Shown piece after piece: positions 11,275 to 21,076 of a DNA stretch of 64,000 nt; the first letter of the stretch is position 1; every line of letters begins with the position of its first letter. Origin of the DNA: an uncultured Verrucomicrobiae bacterium. Lineage in GTDB: Bacteria; Verrucomicrobiota; Verrucomicrobiia; Chthoniobacterales; Terrimicrobiaceae. Position numbers and translations under genes: made by a program. Location: positions 42,198 through 106,197 of the forward strand of contig CAWFMA010000024.1 in the NCBI GenBank assembly GCA_963816855.1, given 5' to 3'. The notes under the pieces are model-generated. The model saw only the letters and a program-made list of their open reading frames with translations. It was not told the DNA's origin and ran no database searches.

Positions 11275-11375
11275 ACAGAGGCAAGCGCTGCGATGGTGGC
11301 GGGAAGAAGCGCGGGTGACAAGTGACGAGTGAAAGTTCTTGCTCTTCGCGTTCCCGCGACGCCGAATCGTAACCA

Positions 11376-12179
11376 ATGCCGACAAAGTATTGGAGCGTGT
11401 TCACCACCGGTTTGCAAAATACCTTCGTCTACCGGTGGAACTTTCTGCTGCGATGCCTTTTCGGTATCGTCCCGCTGGCGGGAACGGTTTTCATTTGGAG
11501 AGCGCTGTTTCAGTCTCGCGGCGAGGACATACGGGGCTACGACTTTGGTCAAATGATCTACTACTTTCTGTTGGTTCTTCTCGTCGACAATCTGGTCAGT
11601 CCGACTGATGACGAATGGCAGATCGCCACGGAAATCCGGGAGGGGCAGATCAACAACTTCCTTTCAAAACCGATCGATCACATGGCCTACCGGACGAGTC
11701 TCTTTCTCAGCGCGCGCCTTCTTTATACGGCCGTGACAATTCCCGTGGTGATGGCGATTTTCGCGTGGTTTCATCAATTTATCGTGCTCCCGCGCGAGTT
11801 CCTCACCTGGCCGCTGTTTTTTGTGTCCCTGGTGATGGCTGGGGCTATCCAATTTTTGATCGCCTATTCCCTGGCGATGCTTGCGTTTTGGATTCTCGAG
11901 ATTTCCACCATCGTCTTCATTTTATACTCGTTTGAGTACTATTTAAGCGGCCGTTTGTTCCCTCTTGATATCATGCCCGAAGGGATCCGGATCGCTCTGA
12001 AGTTTCTGCCGTTCCCTTATGAGCTTTACTTCCCGGTCGCCGTCTTGATGGAGAAAGTGCGCGGCGCGGAGCTATGGGCCGGCTTTGCTATCCAGGGAGC
12101 ATGGGTGGTCGTCTCATACCTGGCGGCGCGAACAATGTGGAGAAAGGGATTGCGCCGCTACGAATCCGTTGGCGGGTAG
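11376..12179 (+). CDS. ABC-2 type transporter permease (no ATPase partner in window)
   Basis: 267 aa with about 6 TM segments. The N-terminus YWSVFTTGLQNTFVYRWNFLL is typical of ABC-2 family permeases. Confidence 0.65.
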   Translation: MPTKYWSVFTTGLQNTFVYRWNFLLRCLFGIVPLAGTVFIWRALFQSRGEDIRGYDFGQMIYYFLLVLLVDNLVSPTDDEWQIATEIREGQINNFLSKPIDHMAYRTSLFLSARLLYTAVTIPVVMAIFAWFHQFIVLPREFLTWPLFFVSLVMAGAIQFLIAYSLAMLAFWILEISTIVFILYSFEYYLSGRLFPLDIMPEGIRIALKFLPFPYELYFPVAVLMEKVRGAELWAGFAIQGAWVVVSYLAARTMWRKGLRRYESVGG

Positions 12180-12239
12180 AGGGCCAGTTGCTGGCGGTTT
12201 TGGGTTTTGGTTTCCACCTTCGCGGTTTAGATCTGCCGG

Positions 12240-12680
12240 ATGTGGATTGTTTACGCGCTGGCGGCAGCCATTATCTGGGGGATCAGCTACGCGGCGAGCG
12301 GCCGGGTGATCGAACGCGGACTGACACCGTTGGTTTTTTTCTTTCTCTACGCTCTTTTTGGCGCGGTGGCAGCTTCGATGGCGCTCGTGCTCACAGGTGG
12401 GCTTGCGACGATGCTTTCCGAGTTTCGAGGCTTGGGGAGGGATTGGGTTTGGCTCGTCGTGGCGGTCGTTTCCTCTGCGGCTGGAGCGCTCCTGATCTAT
12501 ATCGCGATTGGTGAAAAGAACGCCACGCTGGCTTCGCTCATCGAGATTTCCTATCCGTTTTTCGTGGCGGTGTTCGCCTGGCTTTTCTTTCGCGAAACCC
12601 AATTCAGCTGGCCGACGGTTTTTGGCGGCCTCTTGATTCTCGGGGGAGTGGCGGTCGTTTTCCTCGGCGAAAGGCTGTGA
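12240..12680 (+). CDS. EamA/DMT superfamily small membrane transporter
   Basis: 146 aa, with 4-5 TM helices, ALAAAIIWGISY near the N-terminus and a Gly-rich C-terminal helix. Confidence 0.65.
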   Translation: MWIVYALAAAIIWGISYAASGRVIERGLTPLVFFFLYALFGAVAASMALVLTGGLATMLSEFRGLGRDWVWLVVAVVSSAAGALLIYIAIGEKNATLASLIEISYPFFVAVFAWLFFRETQFSWPTVFGGLLILGGVAVVFLGERL

Positions 12681-12805
12681 ACTGGACCTTTTTACGAGCC
12701 AGTAGGTTCCTCAAATTCCCGTCGGCTTCGACCGGTTCTCGTAAAGCGTGGCGAGGTGTTTTTCTCTTGCCAGCGAGGGACGGCAAAATAGCCTGCCGAC
12801 ATCGA

Positions 12806-15088
12806 ATGAGAAGGTGTTATTTTCTGGCGGCGTTAGCCTGGTTCGTTTGGGTGGGGTGCGCCATGGGGCAGTTCGGAAATTTCGGCGATGTGCCCGTATC
12901 GATCACCGCGGACGGCAACACGCGATTCGAAGGTGGCGTCGCCATTGCCGAGGACAACGTCCAAATCCACTACGGCGACTACAGCATCTATTGTGACTAC
13001 GCGGAATATAACCCCGACACGCGCGACGTTTTGCTGATCGGCAACATTCGTCTCTACACGCCCAAAGAGATGTTGACCGGTCAGCGGGCACTCTTCAACC
13101 TGGAAACCAAGCAGATGCGTGCCCTGGAGTTTTCCGGGCAGCATTTTCCGCTGCTATTCCACGCCTTCAACCTGCGCGCTCCCTCTTTGCGGGAGTTTCG
13201 AGTGAGAGATGCCACGTTCACCACGGACGATTCCTCGCAGCCTAATTTTCGTGTCGAATCCAAAAGCGTTCGAATTTATCCCGACAGCCGCGTCATTTTT
13301 TCCCGGTCAACGGTCTATATCGGCCAAGTCCCGGTTTTTTGGTTTCCGTACATTTTCGCGAACATCAACAATACCGGGTTTAGTTTTCTGCCCGGGTTCT
13401 ACTCTCCATGGGGCGCCTTTCTGCAACTGGCCTACAGCTTTCCGATCGGGTCAGGCGATAACATGATCGGGAAGGTCCATTTGGACCTTCGTTCCAAACT
13501 CGGCGTCGCCGTCGGGTTCGACACCAAGTTCAAATACGGGAAGGATGATCGCAGTTACGGAGATTTCGTGTCGTATTACGCCGACGACACGAATCCGGAC
13601 AACGGTACAAACGGGCGCTACCGCGTTAGCTTTCAGCACCGGCTTTTCATAACTGACGACATCTACGCGACCGCCGATATAAATCTTCTTAGCGACTCCA
13701 ATTTTCTCGAGACCTATTATCCGTACCTGTTCAGAGTTGATCCGCAGCCCGACACCTTCGTTTCGGTCACAAAATGGGACGAATTCTATACCCTCAACTT
13801 GATTGCCCGCTGGCAGATCAATGACTTTCAGGACACCACGGAGAGGCTGCCCGAGTTGGTTTTCGATTTTAAGCAACACCGCCTTTTTGGGTTGCCAGTT
13901 TATTATGATGGCGAGTCGAGTGTCGGCGAATACCGGCGCTCGTTTCCAACGACTCCGACTCCCAGCGCATTCCCTGACTACAGCGCCCTCCGGTTCGACA
14001 CCTTTCATCAGATCTCATTCCCAAATCAATTCTTTGGATGGCTCAACGTGAATCCCCGGGCGGGCTTTCGACTCACTTATTACAGCGACAGCGGCACATT
14101 TCTGAGCAGTAGCGGGAGTTTCGTTGAGATTGATCCTGTGACCGGGCTTCCCCAGGTTGTGAATTCCGCATCTGTCGAAAGCACTCCGCTAAATGACCCC
14201 ACCCCGTTTCTCGACAAAAAGGGCTCCGTCTTCCGCCCCGTGGCAAACTTCGGCCTGGAAGTCTCCACCAAACTATCAAAAGCTTACGAACGAATACAGT
14301 CGCAATGGCTTGGCCTCGATGGATTGCGCCACGTGATCCAACCCTATGCCAATTATTCGCTGGTGGGCAATTTTGGTCCCGCTCCCGATGAAATCCTTCA
14401 GTTTGATCGTGTGGTGCCGTCCACCCAGCTGCTGCCGGTCGACTTCCCGCAGTTCACGGGAATCGACACCATAGACACCTGGAACATCCTGCGCATCGGA
14501 ATGCGCAATCGGCTGCAAACTCGCCGGGACCAGGGCACTTATCAATGGATGACGCTCGATACGTTTGTGGGCATTAACTTCAACGACCCGTATTCTAACG
14601 GCAGCGTTACCAACCTTTTCAATATCTATAGTTTCCGGCCGGTCCCCTGGCTTGCGCTGAATGTTGCTTCGCAGCTCCCGCTCATTAACGAAGGCTTCAC
14701 GGAAGCCAACACCAGCGTTACCATTATGCCGACGCGCGACTTCTCATTCCGCGTCGGAAACCAGTACATCTCCAACAACCCGTTCTTTGCGGACGACAAC
14801 CAGCTGGACTTTTATGCCTACTGGCGCATCAACGAAAATTGGGGAGTCAGCGCCTACGAACAATACGAGTTCTTTTCGAAGGTCTGGCAGTACCAGCGCT
14901 ACCTGATTCATCGCGATCTATCGAGCTGGGTCGCGTCCGTGGGTACCCAGGTCCGGCAGAGCCAAGGGCAGGACAAGCCGGATTTTGGCGTGCTCCTGAT
15001 TCTCACGCTCAAGGACGCTCCCCAGGTCACTTTGCCAATCTCGTTCGACACCGCCACTTCCCCGATCGAGCCGGGGGCCTCACAATAA
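12806..15088 (+). CDS. lptD: LPS-assembly outer membrane protein LptD (OstA family)
   Basis: Signal peptide MRRCYFLAALAWFVWVGCAMG, an OstA-like N-terminal domain (GNTRFEGGVAIAEDNVQIHYGDYSIYCDYAEYNP), and a long beta-barrel-like aromatic-rich C-terminus. Confidence 0.8.
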   Translation: MRRCYFLAALAWFVWVGCAMGQFGNFGDVPVSITADGNTRFEGGVAIAEDNVQIHYGDYSIYCDYAEYNPDTRDVLLIGNIRLYTPKEMLTGQRALFNLETKQMRALEFSGQHFPLLFHAFNLRAPSLREFRVRDATFTTDDSSQPNFRVESKSVRIYPDSRVIFSRSTVYIGQVPVFWFPYIFANINNTGFSFLPGFYSPWGAFLQLAYSFPIGSGDNMIGKVHLDLRSKLGVAVGFDTKFKYGKDDRSYGDFVSYYADDTNPDNGTNGRYRVSFQHRLFITDDIYATADINLLSDSNFLETYYPYLFRVDPQPDTFVSVTKWDEFYTLNLIARWQINDFQDTTERLPELVFDFKQHRLFGLPVYYDGESSVGEYRRSFPTTPTPSAFPDYSALRFDTFHQISFPNQFFGWLNVNPRAGFRLTYYSDSGTFLSSSGSFVEIDPVTGLPQVVNSASVESTPLNDPTPFLDKKGSVFRPVANFGLEVSTKLSKAYERIQSQWLGLDGLRHVIQPYANYSLVGNFGPAPDEILQFDRVVPSTQLLPVDFPQFTGIDTIDTWNILRIGMRNRLQTRRDQGTYQWMTLDTFVGINFNDPYSNGSVTNLFNIYSFRPVPWLALNVASQLPLINEGFTEANTSVTIMPTRDFSFRVGNQYISNNPFFADDNQLDFYAYWRINENWGVSAYEQYEFFSKVWQYQRYLIHRDLSSWVASVGTQVRQSQGQDKPDFGVLLILTLKDAPQVTLPISFDTATSPIEPGASQ

Positions 15089-15093
15089 CCGCG

Positions 15094-15552
15094 TTACCAG
15101 TTGACCTTCCACTGCTCGGTGTCCGCCGAAGCGCACCGCGAGTAGAGGTCAAAGAAATTGGCCCCGTTTCGCTTTGTGTCGCCTGGGTACTGATATCCGT
15201 AGCTTTCGCCAAACGGGTCCACAATGTTCCCCGCGCTCATCATCGACTTGTTGAACTCGAAATAGACCTTTCCTGCCGGAGGCATCAAGCTGTTGAGCAA
15301 AAAATTGTTGCTTGCCGGTGCGTTGACGCCATCCACGTTGCTTCCCTGCGGATAGTCGCCGTGATCGGCTTTATAGTTTTCCAAGGCGACGGTCAGAGCG
15401 CTCATTTCGGCCTCGGCTCGGGAGACCGCCCCCTTCTTCTGAACGTAGCCTGCGGTGCGCAGGAGCAATCCGGCGAGGATCGCGATAATGGCAATGACAA
15501 TCAGGATCTCGATGAGCGTAAACCCACGGATCGCCGACGGCTTCCGTTTCAT
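15094..15552 (-). CDS. prepilin-type N-terminal cleavage/methylation domain protein (pseudopilin, GspG-like)
   Basis: MKRKPSAIRGFTLIEILIVIAIIAILAGLLL is a canonical class III signal. The ATG at 15552 lies 8 nt after the gspF stop. Confidence 0.85.
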   Translation of the reverse strand: MKRKPSAIRGFTLIEILIVIAIIAILAGLLLRTAGYVQKKGAVSRAEAEMSALTVALENYKADHGDYPQGSNVDGVNAPASNNFLLNSLMPPAGKVYFEFNKSMMSAGNIVDPFGESYGYQYPGDTKRNGANFFDLYSRCASADTEQWKVNW

Positions 15553-15559
15553 GCGGCCT

Positions 15560-16843
15560 TTATAGTTGTTGCTGCATGCCGCTGATGATGCTGATGAGAG
15601 GCAGGAAGAGCGCGACAACGATGGTGCCCACCACCACGGCGAGAAAAACGATCATGATTGGCTCAAGAAGCGAAATGAGCCCTGACACAGCGCCATCAAC
15701 TTCGTCGTCGTAGACTTCCGCAATCTTCAGGAGCATCTCAGGCAGCTGCCCAGTCTCCTCCCCGACGTCGATCATGCTGATAACCATGGGAGGAAAGACG
15801 CCACTGGCCTCAAGGGGATGGACGATTGACTCGCCCTCCTTCACGCTGTCGTGAACTTTCATGATCGCGTCGGCGATAATCGTGTTTCCCGCCGTCTCTC
15901 TGGTGATGTTCAACGCCTGGAGGATCGGCACGCCGCTCGTGACCAGAGTCCCAAGGGTGCGGCTGAAGCGGGAAATGGCGCTCTTGCGGGTGAGATCCCC
16001 GAAAAGAGGCGCTTTCAGCTTTAGCGTATCGAGCAGAAAGGCGCCCCTGGCGGTCCTCGCAACAACTTTAAGGAGGATCGCGATTCCCACGACCAGTGCA
16101 ACAATGACCAAGATATTGCTTTTTACCATTGTGCTGGCGCCAATGACGAACTGGGTGAGAGGAGGCAAGGGTTTCCCGCCCAGCATATCCGCAAAAATCG
16201 CCTGAAACTTCGGCACGATAAACACCAGCAGGAAGCCCATGATCAGGATCGCAATAAGCAGAACGATGATCGGATAGAACATTGCCGAAACCACCTTGTT
16301 CTTTATCCGCTGCGCCTTTTCCTGGAATTCGGCGAGCCGCAGCAGCACCAACTCAAGCACCCCGCCGAGTTCTCCCGCTTTCACCATGTTTACATAAAGC
16401 TTGTTGAATATCCTTGGGTGGTTCGCAAGGCTCTCAGAAAACGTTCCGCCACCCTGAACCGTTTCCGCCAGACTCACGATCACCTTTCTCAGGAGCGGAT
16501 CGGGTTCCTGCTTGGCAAGAACGGTCAAACCACGCAAGAGCGGAAGACCGGCATCGATCAACGTGGCAATCTGACGCGTGAAAATCATCAGCGTCTTTCC
16601 CTTGACGTTCTTTCGTTCCAAAAAGGGCAGGGAAAACGTAATCTGCTTTTTGGCCGAAACAGGCTGCTTCACTGAACGGGCAGCCTTCGCGGACTTCCCG
16701 CCCTTGCCTTCCTCCGCAATGGCTTTCGGGTAGTAACCAGCCTGCCTGAGCTGGCCAACGGCGTCGTTTTGAGAGTCGGCTTCGATGACACCCGAAGCTT
16801 CCTGCCCCTTGGCGTCCAACGCTACATATGTATATCGAGGCAT
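15560..16843 (-). CDS. type II secretion / type IV pilus platform protein (GspF/PilC family)
   Basis: 427 aa with two GspF repeats and 3 TM segments. It has the typical MPRYTYVALDAKGQEASGVIEA N-terminus. Confidence 0.9.
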   Translation of the reverse strand: MPRYTYVALDAKGQEASGVIEADSQNDAVGQLRQAGYYPKAIAEEGKGGKSAKAARSVKQPVSAKKQITFSLPFLERKNVKGKTLMIFTRQIATLIDAGLPLLRGLTVLAKQEPDPLLRKVIVSLAETVQGGGTFSESLANHPRIFNKLYVNMVKAGELGGVLELVLLRLAEFQEKAQRIKNKVVSAMFYPIIVLLIAILIMGFLLVFIVPKFQAIFADMLGGKPLPPLTQFVIGASTMVKSNILVIVALVVGIAILLKVVARTARGAFLLDTLKLKAPLFGDLTRKSAISRFSRTLGTLVTSGVPILQALNITRETAGNTIIADAIMKVHDSVKEGESIVHPLEASGVFPPMVISMIDVGEETGQLPEMLLKIAEVYDDEVDGAVSGLISLLEPIMIVFLAVVVGTIVVALFLPLISIISGMQQQL

Positions 16844-16918
16844 GGAAGGGTTTAGGACTGGGAGAAATGTAGGAAAAAAGTCTAAAATTTCAACCTTCTC
16901 TGTCGAGCAAAGATTGCT

Positions 16919-17530
16919 TCAGTCGGCTAAAAACGGGTTGTTCTGCTTTTCCCAGCCGATCGTTGTGCTCGGGCCGTGGCCGGGCAGCACGATGGTAGCG
17001 TCCGGCAGCGGGAGCAATTTTTGCCGAATGCCTTCGAGGAGCAAGTCGCGGTCTCCTCCGGGGAGATCCCAGCGCCCGATCCCTTCGCGGAACAAAACAT
17101 CCCCGCCGACCAGCGCGCTTTCCTTGGCGATGTGGAAGCAGATGCTGCCGGGACAATGCCCCGGCACATGATAAATTCCGACGGGCAAATCGAGGAGAAT
17201 CGCGGCGGGATTCTCCTCGAGCAAAATGTCTGCGGTAAAAGTGTCGATCTCGAGTTCGAAGCCCCACCGGCGAAAAAATTCCCTGTCGTTCACCATCGGA
17301 GCGGTATCCCGGTGCATCGCTGTCCGGCATTCATGGCGTTTGATTATTGCCGCGCCGTCCGCGATGTGATCAAAGTGACCGTGCGTGAGCACCAGCAGAT
17401 CCACCCGTTCGCCGGCGAAGGCGGAATCGGAACCTTGCGGTGCGTCGAAAAGGATGCCCCCGCCCGGTGCCCGGTAGTAAAAACAGTTGGTATCGAACGG
17501 GCCGCCAGTGAAGGTTTTGAACCGATTCAT
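16919..17530 (-). CDS. MBL fold metallo-hydrolase
   Basis: It carries the LVLTHGHFDH zinc motif. The internal ATG at 17530 (MNRFKTFTGGPFDTNCFYY) was chosen. Confidence 0.85.
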   Translation of the reverse strand: MNRFKTFTGGPFDTNCFYYRAPGGGILFDAPQGSDSAFAGERVDLLVLTHGHFDHIADGAAIIKRHECRTAMHRDTAPMVNDREFFRRWGFELEIDTFTADILLEENPAAILLDLPVGIYHVPGHCPGSICFHIAKESALVGGDVLFREGIGRWDLPGGDRDLLLEGIRQKLLPLPDATIVLPGHGPSTTIGWEKQNNPFLAD

Positions 17531-17610
17531 TTGAAAATGGTCAGACAAAAAATGATCTCGCAGTTTGATTTTCCAAGCCCGGTCTGCAAGCTTTTCACGT
17601 CTTCCAATCG

Positions 17611-19785
17611 ATGAATCGCACGTTCGCAAGGCTTTTCGCTGCCGCCTTAATTGCTCTGGCGGTCCTTATCCCGGGCTCCGCAGGGGCTCGCAGTTCCGTC
17701 GATCCCGGGCAGGTGGCGATCTCGGTGGCGCGTTGGCTGGAACAGGGCCACTACACGCGGGAGAAGCTCGATGACAAGTTTTCGGAGAGATTTCTTCAAA
17801 CGTATCTTACGACGCTGGATTACAATAAGTTGTACTTTACGCAGCAGGATATCGACCAATTCAGGAGCAAATACTCGACGACCCTTGGCGATAGTGTCTT
17901 AAGGGGAGATCTGGGGCCGGCGCGGGAAATTTTCGCCCGCTTCCGGCAGCGCGTCGAGGAGCGCGTCGCCAAGAACAAGAAACTCGCTCAGAAGAAATAT
18001 GGTTTCGACACCAACCGTACCGTTGAGATCAACCGGCAGGAGGCCGCCTGGCCGAAGAATCCTGAGGAAGCAGATCGAATCTGGCAAAATCGCATCGAGG
18101 CGGAACTCCTCAAGGAAGATCTGGCTGAGCTGAAGCTCAGGTCTCCGCAGGAAACGGTCACGCGCCGCTACGATCAGGTCCTTCGCAACGTTCGCGACAT
18201 GGAGGACGATGACGTGGTAAAGACGTTCTTGAGCGCCTTGGCACAAACCTACGATCCGCATTCTGAATATTTGGGCCCTTCCGACCTGGAAAATTTTCAG
18301 ATATCGATGAAGCTTTCTCTCGTCGGTGTCGGCGCGGTGCTCTCTTCGGAAGACGGCTACGCGAAAGTCAAGGAAGTCGTCCCGGGCGGGCCCGCCGATC
18401 GCGATGGTCATCTCTCGATCAACGACCGGATCGCCGCCGTGGCTCAAGGGGACGGAGAGTTCGAGGACGTCGTGGATATGAAACTCGACAAGGTCGTGGA
18501 AAAAATCCGCGGCAAGAAGGGGACGCTTGTCCGTTTGCTCGTGATCCCCGGCGACGCCACCGATCCCTCGAAGCGCAAGATTGTCGAAATTCGCAGAGAC
18601 GAGGTGAAGCTGAAGGATCAGGAAGCCAAGGCGGAGGTAATCGATCTCGATGGGCATGGAGGCCGCACGGCTCGGATCGGCTGGATAACCCTTCCCTCGT
18701 TTTATGCCAACATGGAGAATCGCGGAACACCGAAAAGCACCACCGAGGACGTGGCCGCTCTCCTTACGCGTCTCAAGCGGGAAGGTATTCAGGGTCTGGT
18801 GATCGATCTTCGCCGGGACGGCGGAGGCTCGTTGGAGGAGGCTATCAATCTGACTGGTCTCTTCATTCCAAAGGGCCCCGTCGTTCAAGCCAAGGATTCG
18901 AACGGAAAGATTACCGTTTCGCAAGACACCAACCCTGTTGTTGCTTATAGCGGGCCTCTTATCGTCTTGACCAACCGGCTGAGCGCTTCCGCGAGTGAAA
19001 TTTTCGCTGCGGCGTTGCAGGACTACGGCAGGGCGGTGATCGTAGGAGACGAGCGGACGTTCGGCAAGGGAACCGTTCAAACCGTGCTCGACCTCGGGCG
19101 TCTCATGTCGCCGTTCAGTCTTGGGGCGACCGACGCGGGAGCCCTCAAATTGACAATTCAGAAGTTCTACCGCGTTCGCGGCGGTTCGACGCAGCTCAAC
19201 GGCGTCGAATCCGACATCGTCCTACCCTCTTTGACGGATAACCCAGAGATCGGGGAAGGGTCGTTGAAGAACAGGCTTTCCTACGATGAGGTTGCGCCGG
19301 TGAAAATTGCGGATTCCATGGCCGCAACGCCGTTGTTTCTTAGCCAATTGAAAGCGCGATCGGCCGCTCGCGTCGCTGCAGACCCAGAATTCGGTTACAC
19401 CACGGATGATATGACCAGGGTTCGTGATAAAATCGCCCAAAATGCGATTTCTCTTAACGAGAAGGTTCGCCGCAAGGAGCTGGTCGAGGACAAAAAACGA
19501 AAGGAACAGCGAGAAAAGGAAAGGCAGTCCCGGGGGCCGGCGCTGGAAGCGCAAGCTTACGAACTCACCCTTGACGACCTGTCAGCCCCGAAATTGCGGC
19601 CGGTTGCCTTCGATCGGAAGCAGGATAAGATTCCCATCGATGCGGACGATGACGACGCGGACGCCAAAAAGGCGACCCCTGAGCCCGATCCGATCCGGAA
19701 CGAATCGTTGCGCATCATGCAAGATCTCATCGAGCTGAATCAGCAAACGAAAACGGCCAGCATTCAAACCGATAAGCCGCTTTAG
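17611..19785 (+). CDS. prc: tail-specific (carboxy-terminal processing) protease, S41 family
   Basis: 724 aa with a signal peptide, a PDZ region and an S41 core (LTNRLSASASEIFAAALQDYGRAVIVGDERTFGKGTVQ). Confidence 0.9.
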   Translation: MNRTFARLFAAALIALAVLIPGSAGARSSVDPGQVAISVARWLEQGHYTREKLDDKFSERFLQTYLTTLDYNKLYFTQQDIDQFRSKYSTTLGDSVLRGDLGPAREIFARFRQRVEERVAKNKKLAQKKYGFDTNRTVEINRQEAAWPKNPEEADRIWQNRIEAELLKEDLAELKLRSPQETVTRRYDQVLRNVRDMEDDDVVKTFLSALAQTYDPHSEYLGPSDLENFQISMKLSLVGVGAVLSSEDGYAKVKEVVPGGPADRDGHLSINDRIAAVAQGDGEFEDVVDMKLDKVVEKIRGKKGTLVRLLVIPGDATDPSKRKIVEIRRDEVKLKDQEAKAEVIDLDGHGGRTARIGWITLPSFYANMENRGTPKSTTEDVAALLTRLKREGIQGLVIDLRRDGGGSLEEAINLTGLFIPKGPVVQAKDSNGKITVSQDTNPVVAYSGPLIVLTNRLSASASEIFAAALQDYGRAVIVGDERTFGKGTVQTVLDLGRLMSPFSLGATDAGALKLTIQKFYRVRGGSTQLNGVESDIVLPSLTDNPEIGEGSLKNRLSYDEVAPVKIADSMAATPLFLSQLKARSAARVAADPEFGYTTDDMTRVRDKIAQNAISLNEKVRRKELVEDKKRKEQREKERQSRGPALEAQAYELTLDDLSAPKLRPVAFDRKQDKIPIDADDDDADAKKATPEPDPIRNESLRIMQDLIELNQQTKTASIQTDKPL

Positions 19786-19878
19786 CACATCCTCCCCCTT
19801 TATAATCCAACGTCTTGACACCGATGCGCCAATGTGTGAATCTGCGGTTAGTTCGCCGTTTGGAATGCCTAGCTAACT

Positions 19879-20541
19879 ATGTCTGAGCCCAAAAAAGAAA
19901 CTGTGCGAATTGTTCTCCCTCCCCGCCGGGACGGTCAGCCGGCTGCTTCGGGTCCCCGGGAAACGGCGATGATCAATTTGCCTCCGAAGCCGGTGCCCAA
20001 GCCCGCCGATCCCGCCTCTGCCGGGCCAGAGGGCCCTGCAATTTCCGCCGTTCCCAAACCCCCAAGTTTACCGTCTCTGGCGCCGAAAGTCCCGCCGAGC
20101 GTCGGATTTTCGTCCCCCCCGGCGGCGCCGAAGCCGCCTTCGATTGCGGGAGGGGCGCCCAAACCGCCCGTGTTGCCCGTGGCCCCGAAGCCGCCTTCCG
20201 TCATTGGAGGACCAAGGCCGCCGGTCGCGTCGCCGCCTCTGTCTGTCCCCCCCTCTGCGCCAAAGGCGCCCTCGGTTTCAACTGTGCCTTCCGCGGGGCT
20301 CGCGTCCGTCGAGGGCAAGAAGGAGACCGCGAAGGTTCCTCCGAGCGTGGCGACTACGCGGCCGAATTTGCCCCAAGCCTCAGTCCATCTGCAAAGAAGG
20401 CCAGGCTCTTCGACGTCAAGTTCCGCGATAACGGTTGCGCCGCCGGTTCAAAGCGAAGAAGGCGCCGGATTGATGGTCGGAATTCTCGCCTTGGTGGCTT
20501 CTCTCGTCGCGGTTGGCGTGCAGGTCTGGATGTTCCTTTAG
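19879..20541 (+). CDS. proline-rich tail-anchored hypothetical protein
   Basis: ATG start, repeated APKPPS units, and a single C-terminal TM helix GLMVGILALVASLVAVGVQVWMFL. The strong compositional bias makes the coding call moderate. Confidence 0.55.
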   Translation: MSEPKKETVRIVLPPRRDGQPAASGPRETAMINLPPKPVPKPADPASAGPEGPAISAVPKPPSLPSLAPKVPPSVGFSSPPAAPKPPSIAGGAPKPPVLPVAPKPPSVIGGPRPPVASPPLSVPPSAPKAPSVSTVPSAGLASVEGKKETAKVPPSVATTRPNLPQASVHLQRRPGSSTSSSAITVAPPVQSEEGAGLMVGILALVASLVAVGVQVWMFL

Positions 20542-20627
20542 CGTTCGGGTGGAAGCATCCCGAAGGAGGGCACGCGCGAATTTCTCGCGGATATGGCTTT
20601 TCCTTTGACCTAAGACTATTCTCCCTT

Positions 20628-20957
20628 ATGGCCAGTGAAAATATCGTAGAACTGAACGATTCGAACTTCGACAATGAGGTTTCGAAAATCTCGGAACCGT
20701 TGCTCGTGGACTTTTGGGCGCCTTGGTGCGCGCCGTGCCGGATGCTCGATCCAGTGGTCGGAGAAATCGCCAGGGAAAACGCGGGTAAGTTCGCGATCGC
20801 GAAAGTCAATGTGGACGAATCCCCGGGGGTGTCGGAAAAGTTTGGAGTTCGCAGCATCCCAACGTTGCTCTTTTTCAAGGCGGGAGAAAAACGGGATCAG
20901 ACCGTCGGCGTCCTCGGAAAGGCGGAAATCGTTCGTCGGCTCCAGGCATTGGGTTAG
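20628..20957 (+). CDS. trxA: thioredoxin
   Basis: 109 aa with the WAPWCAPCR active site and a typical TrxA length. Confidence 0.95.
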   Translation: MASENIVELNDSNFDNEVSKISEPLLVDFWAPWCAPCRMLDPVVGEIARENAGKFAIAKVNVDESPGVSEKFGVRSIPTLLFFKAGEKRDQTVGVLGKAEIVRRLQALG

Positions 20958-21076
20958 TCGGCTCACGCGAGCCGCCCCGGGGCGGATTCCTTCACCCGCT
21001 GAGAGTTAAGGCGGAGAGTGAAAGCCTTCGCTTAAGGCTTTGCTGTTTCATCGAGCGTTGCCGATAGTGCTCCTTG

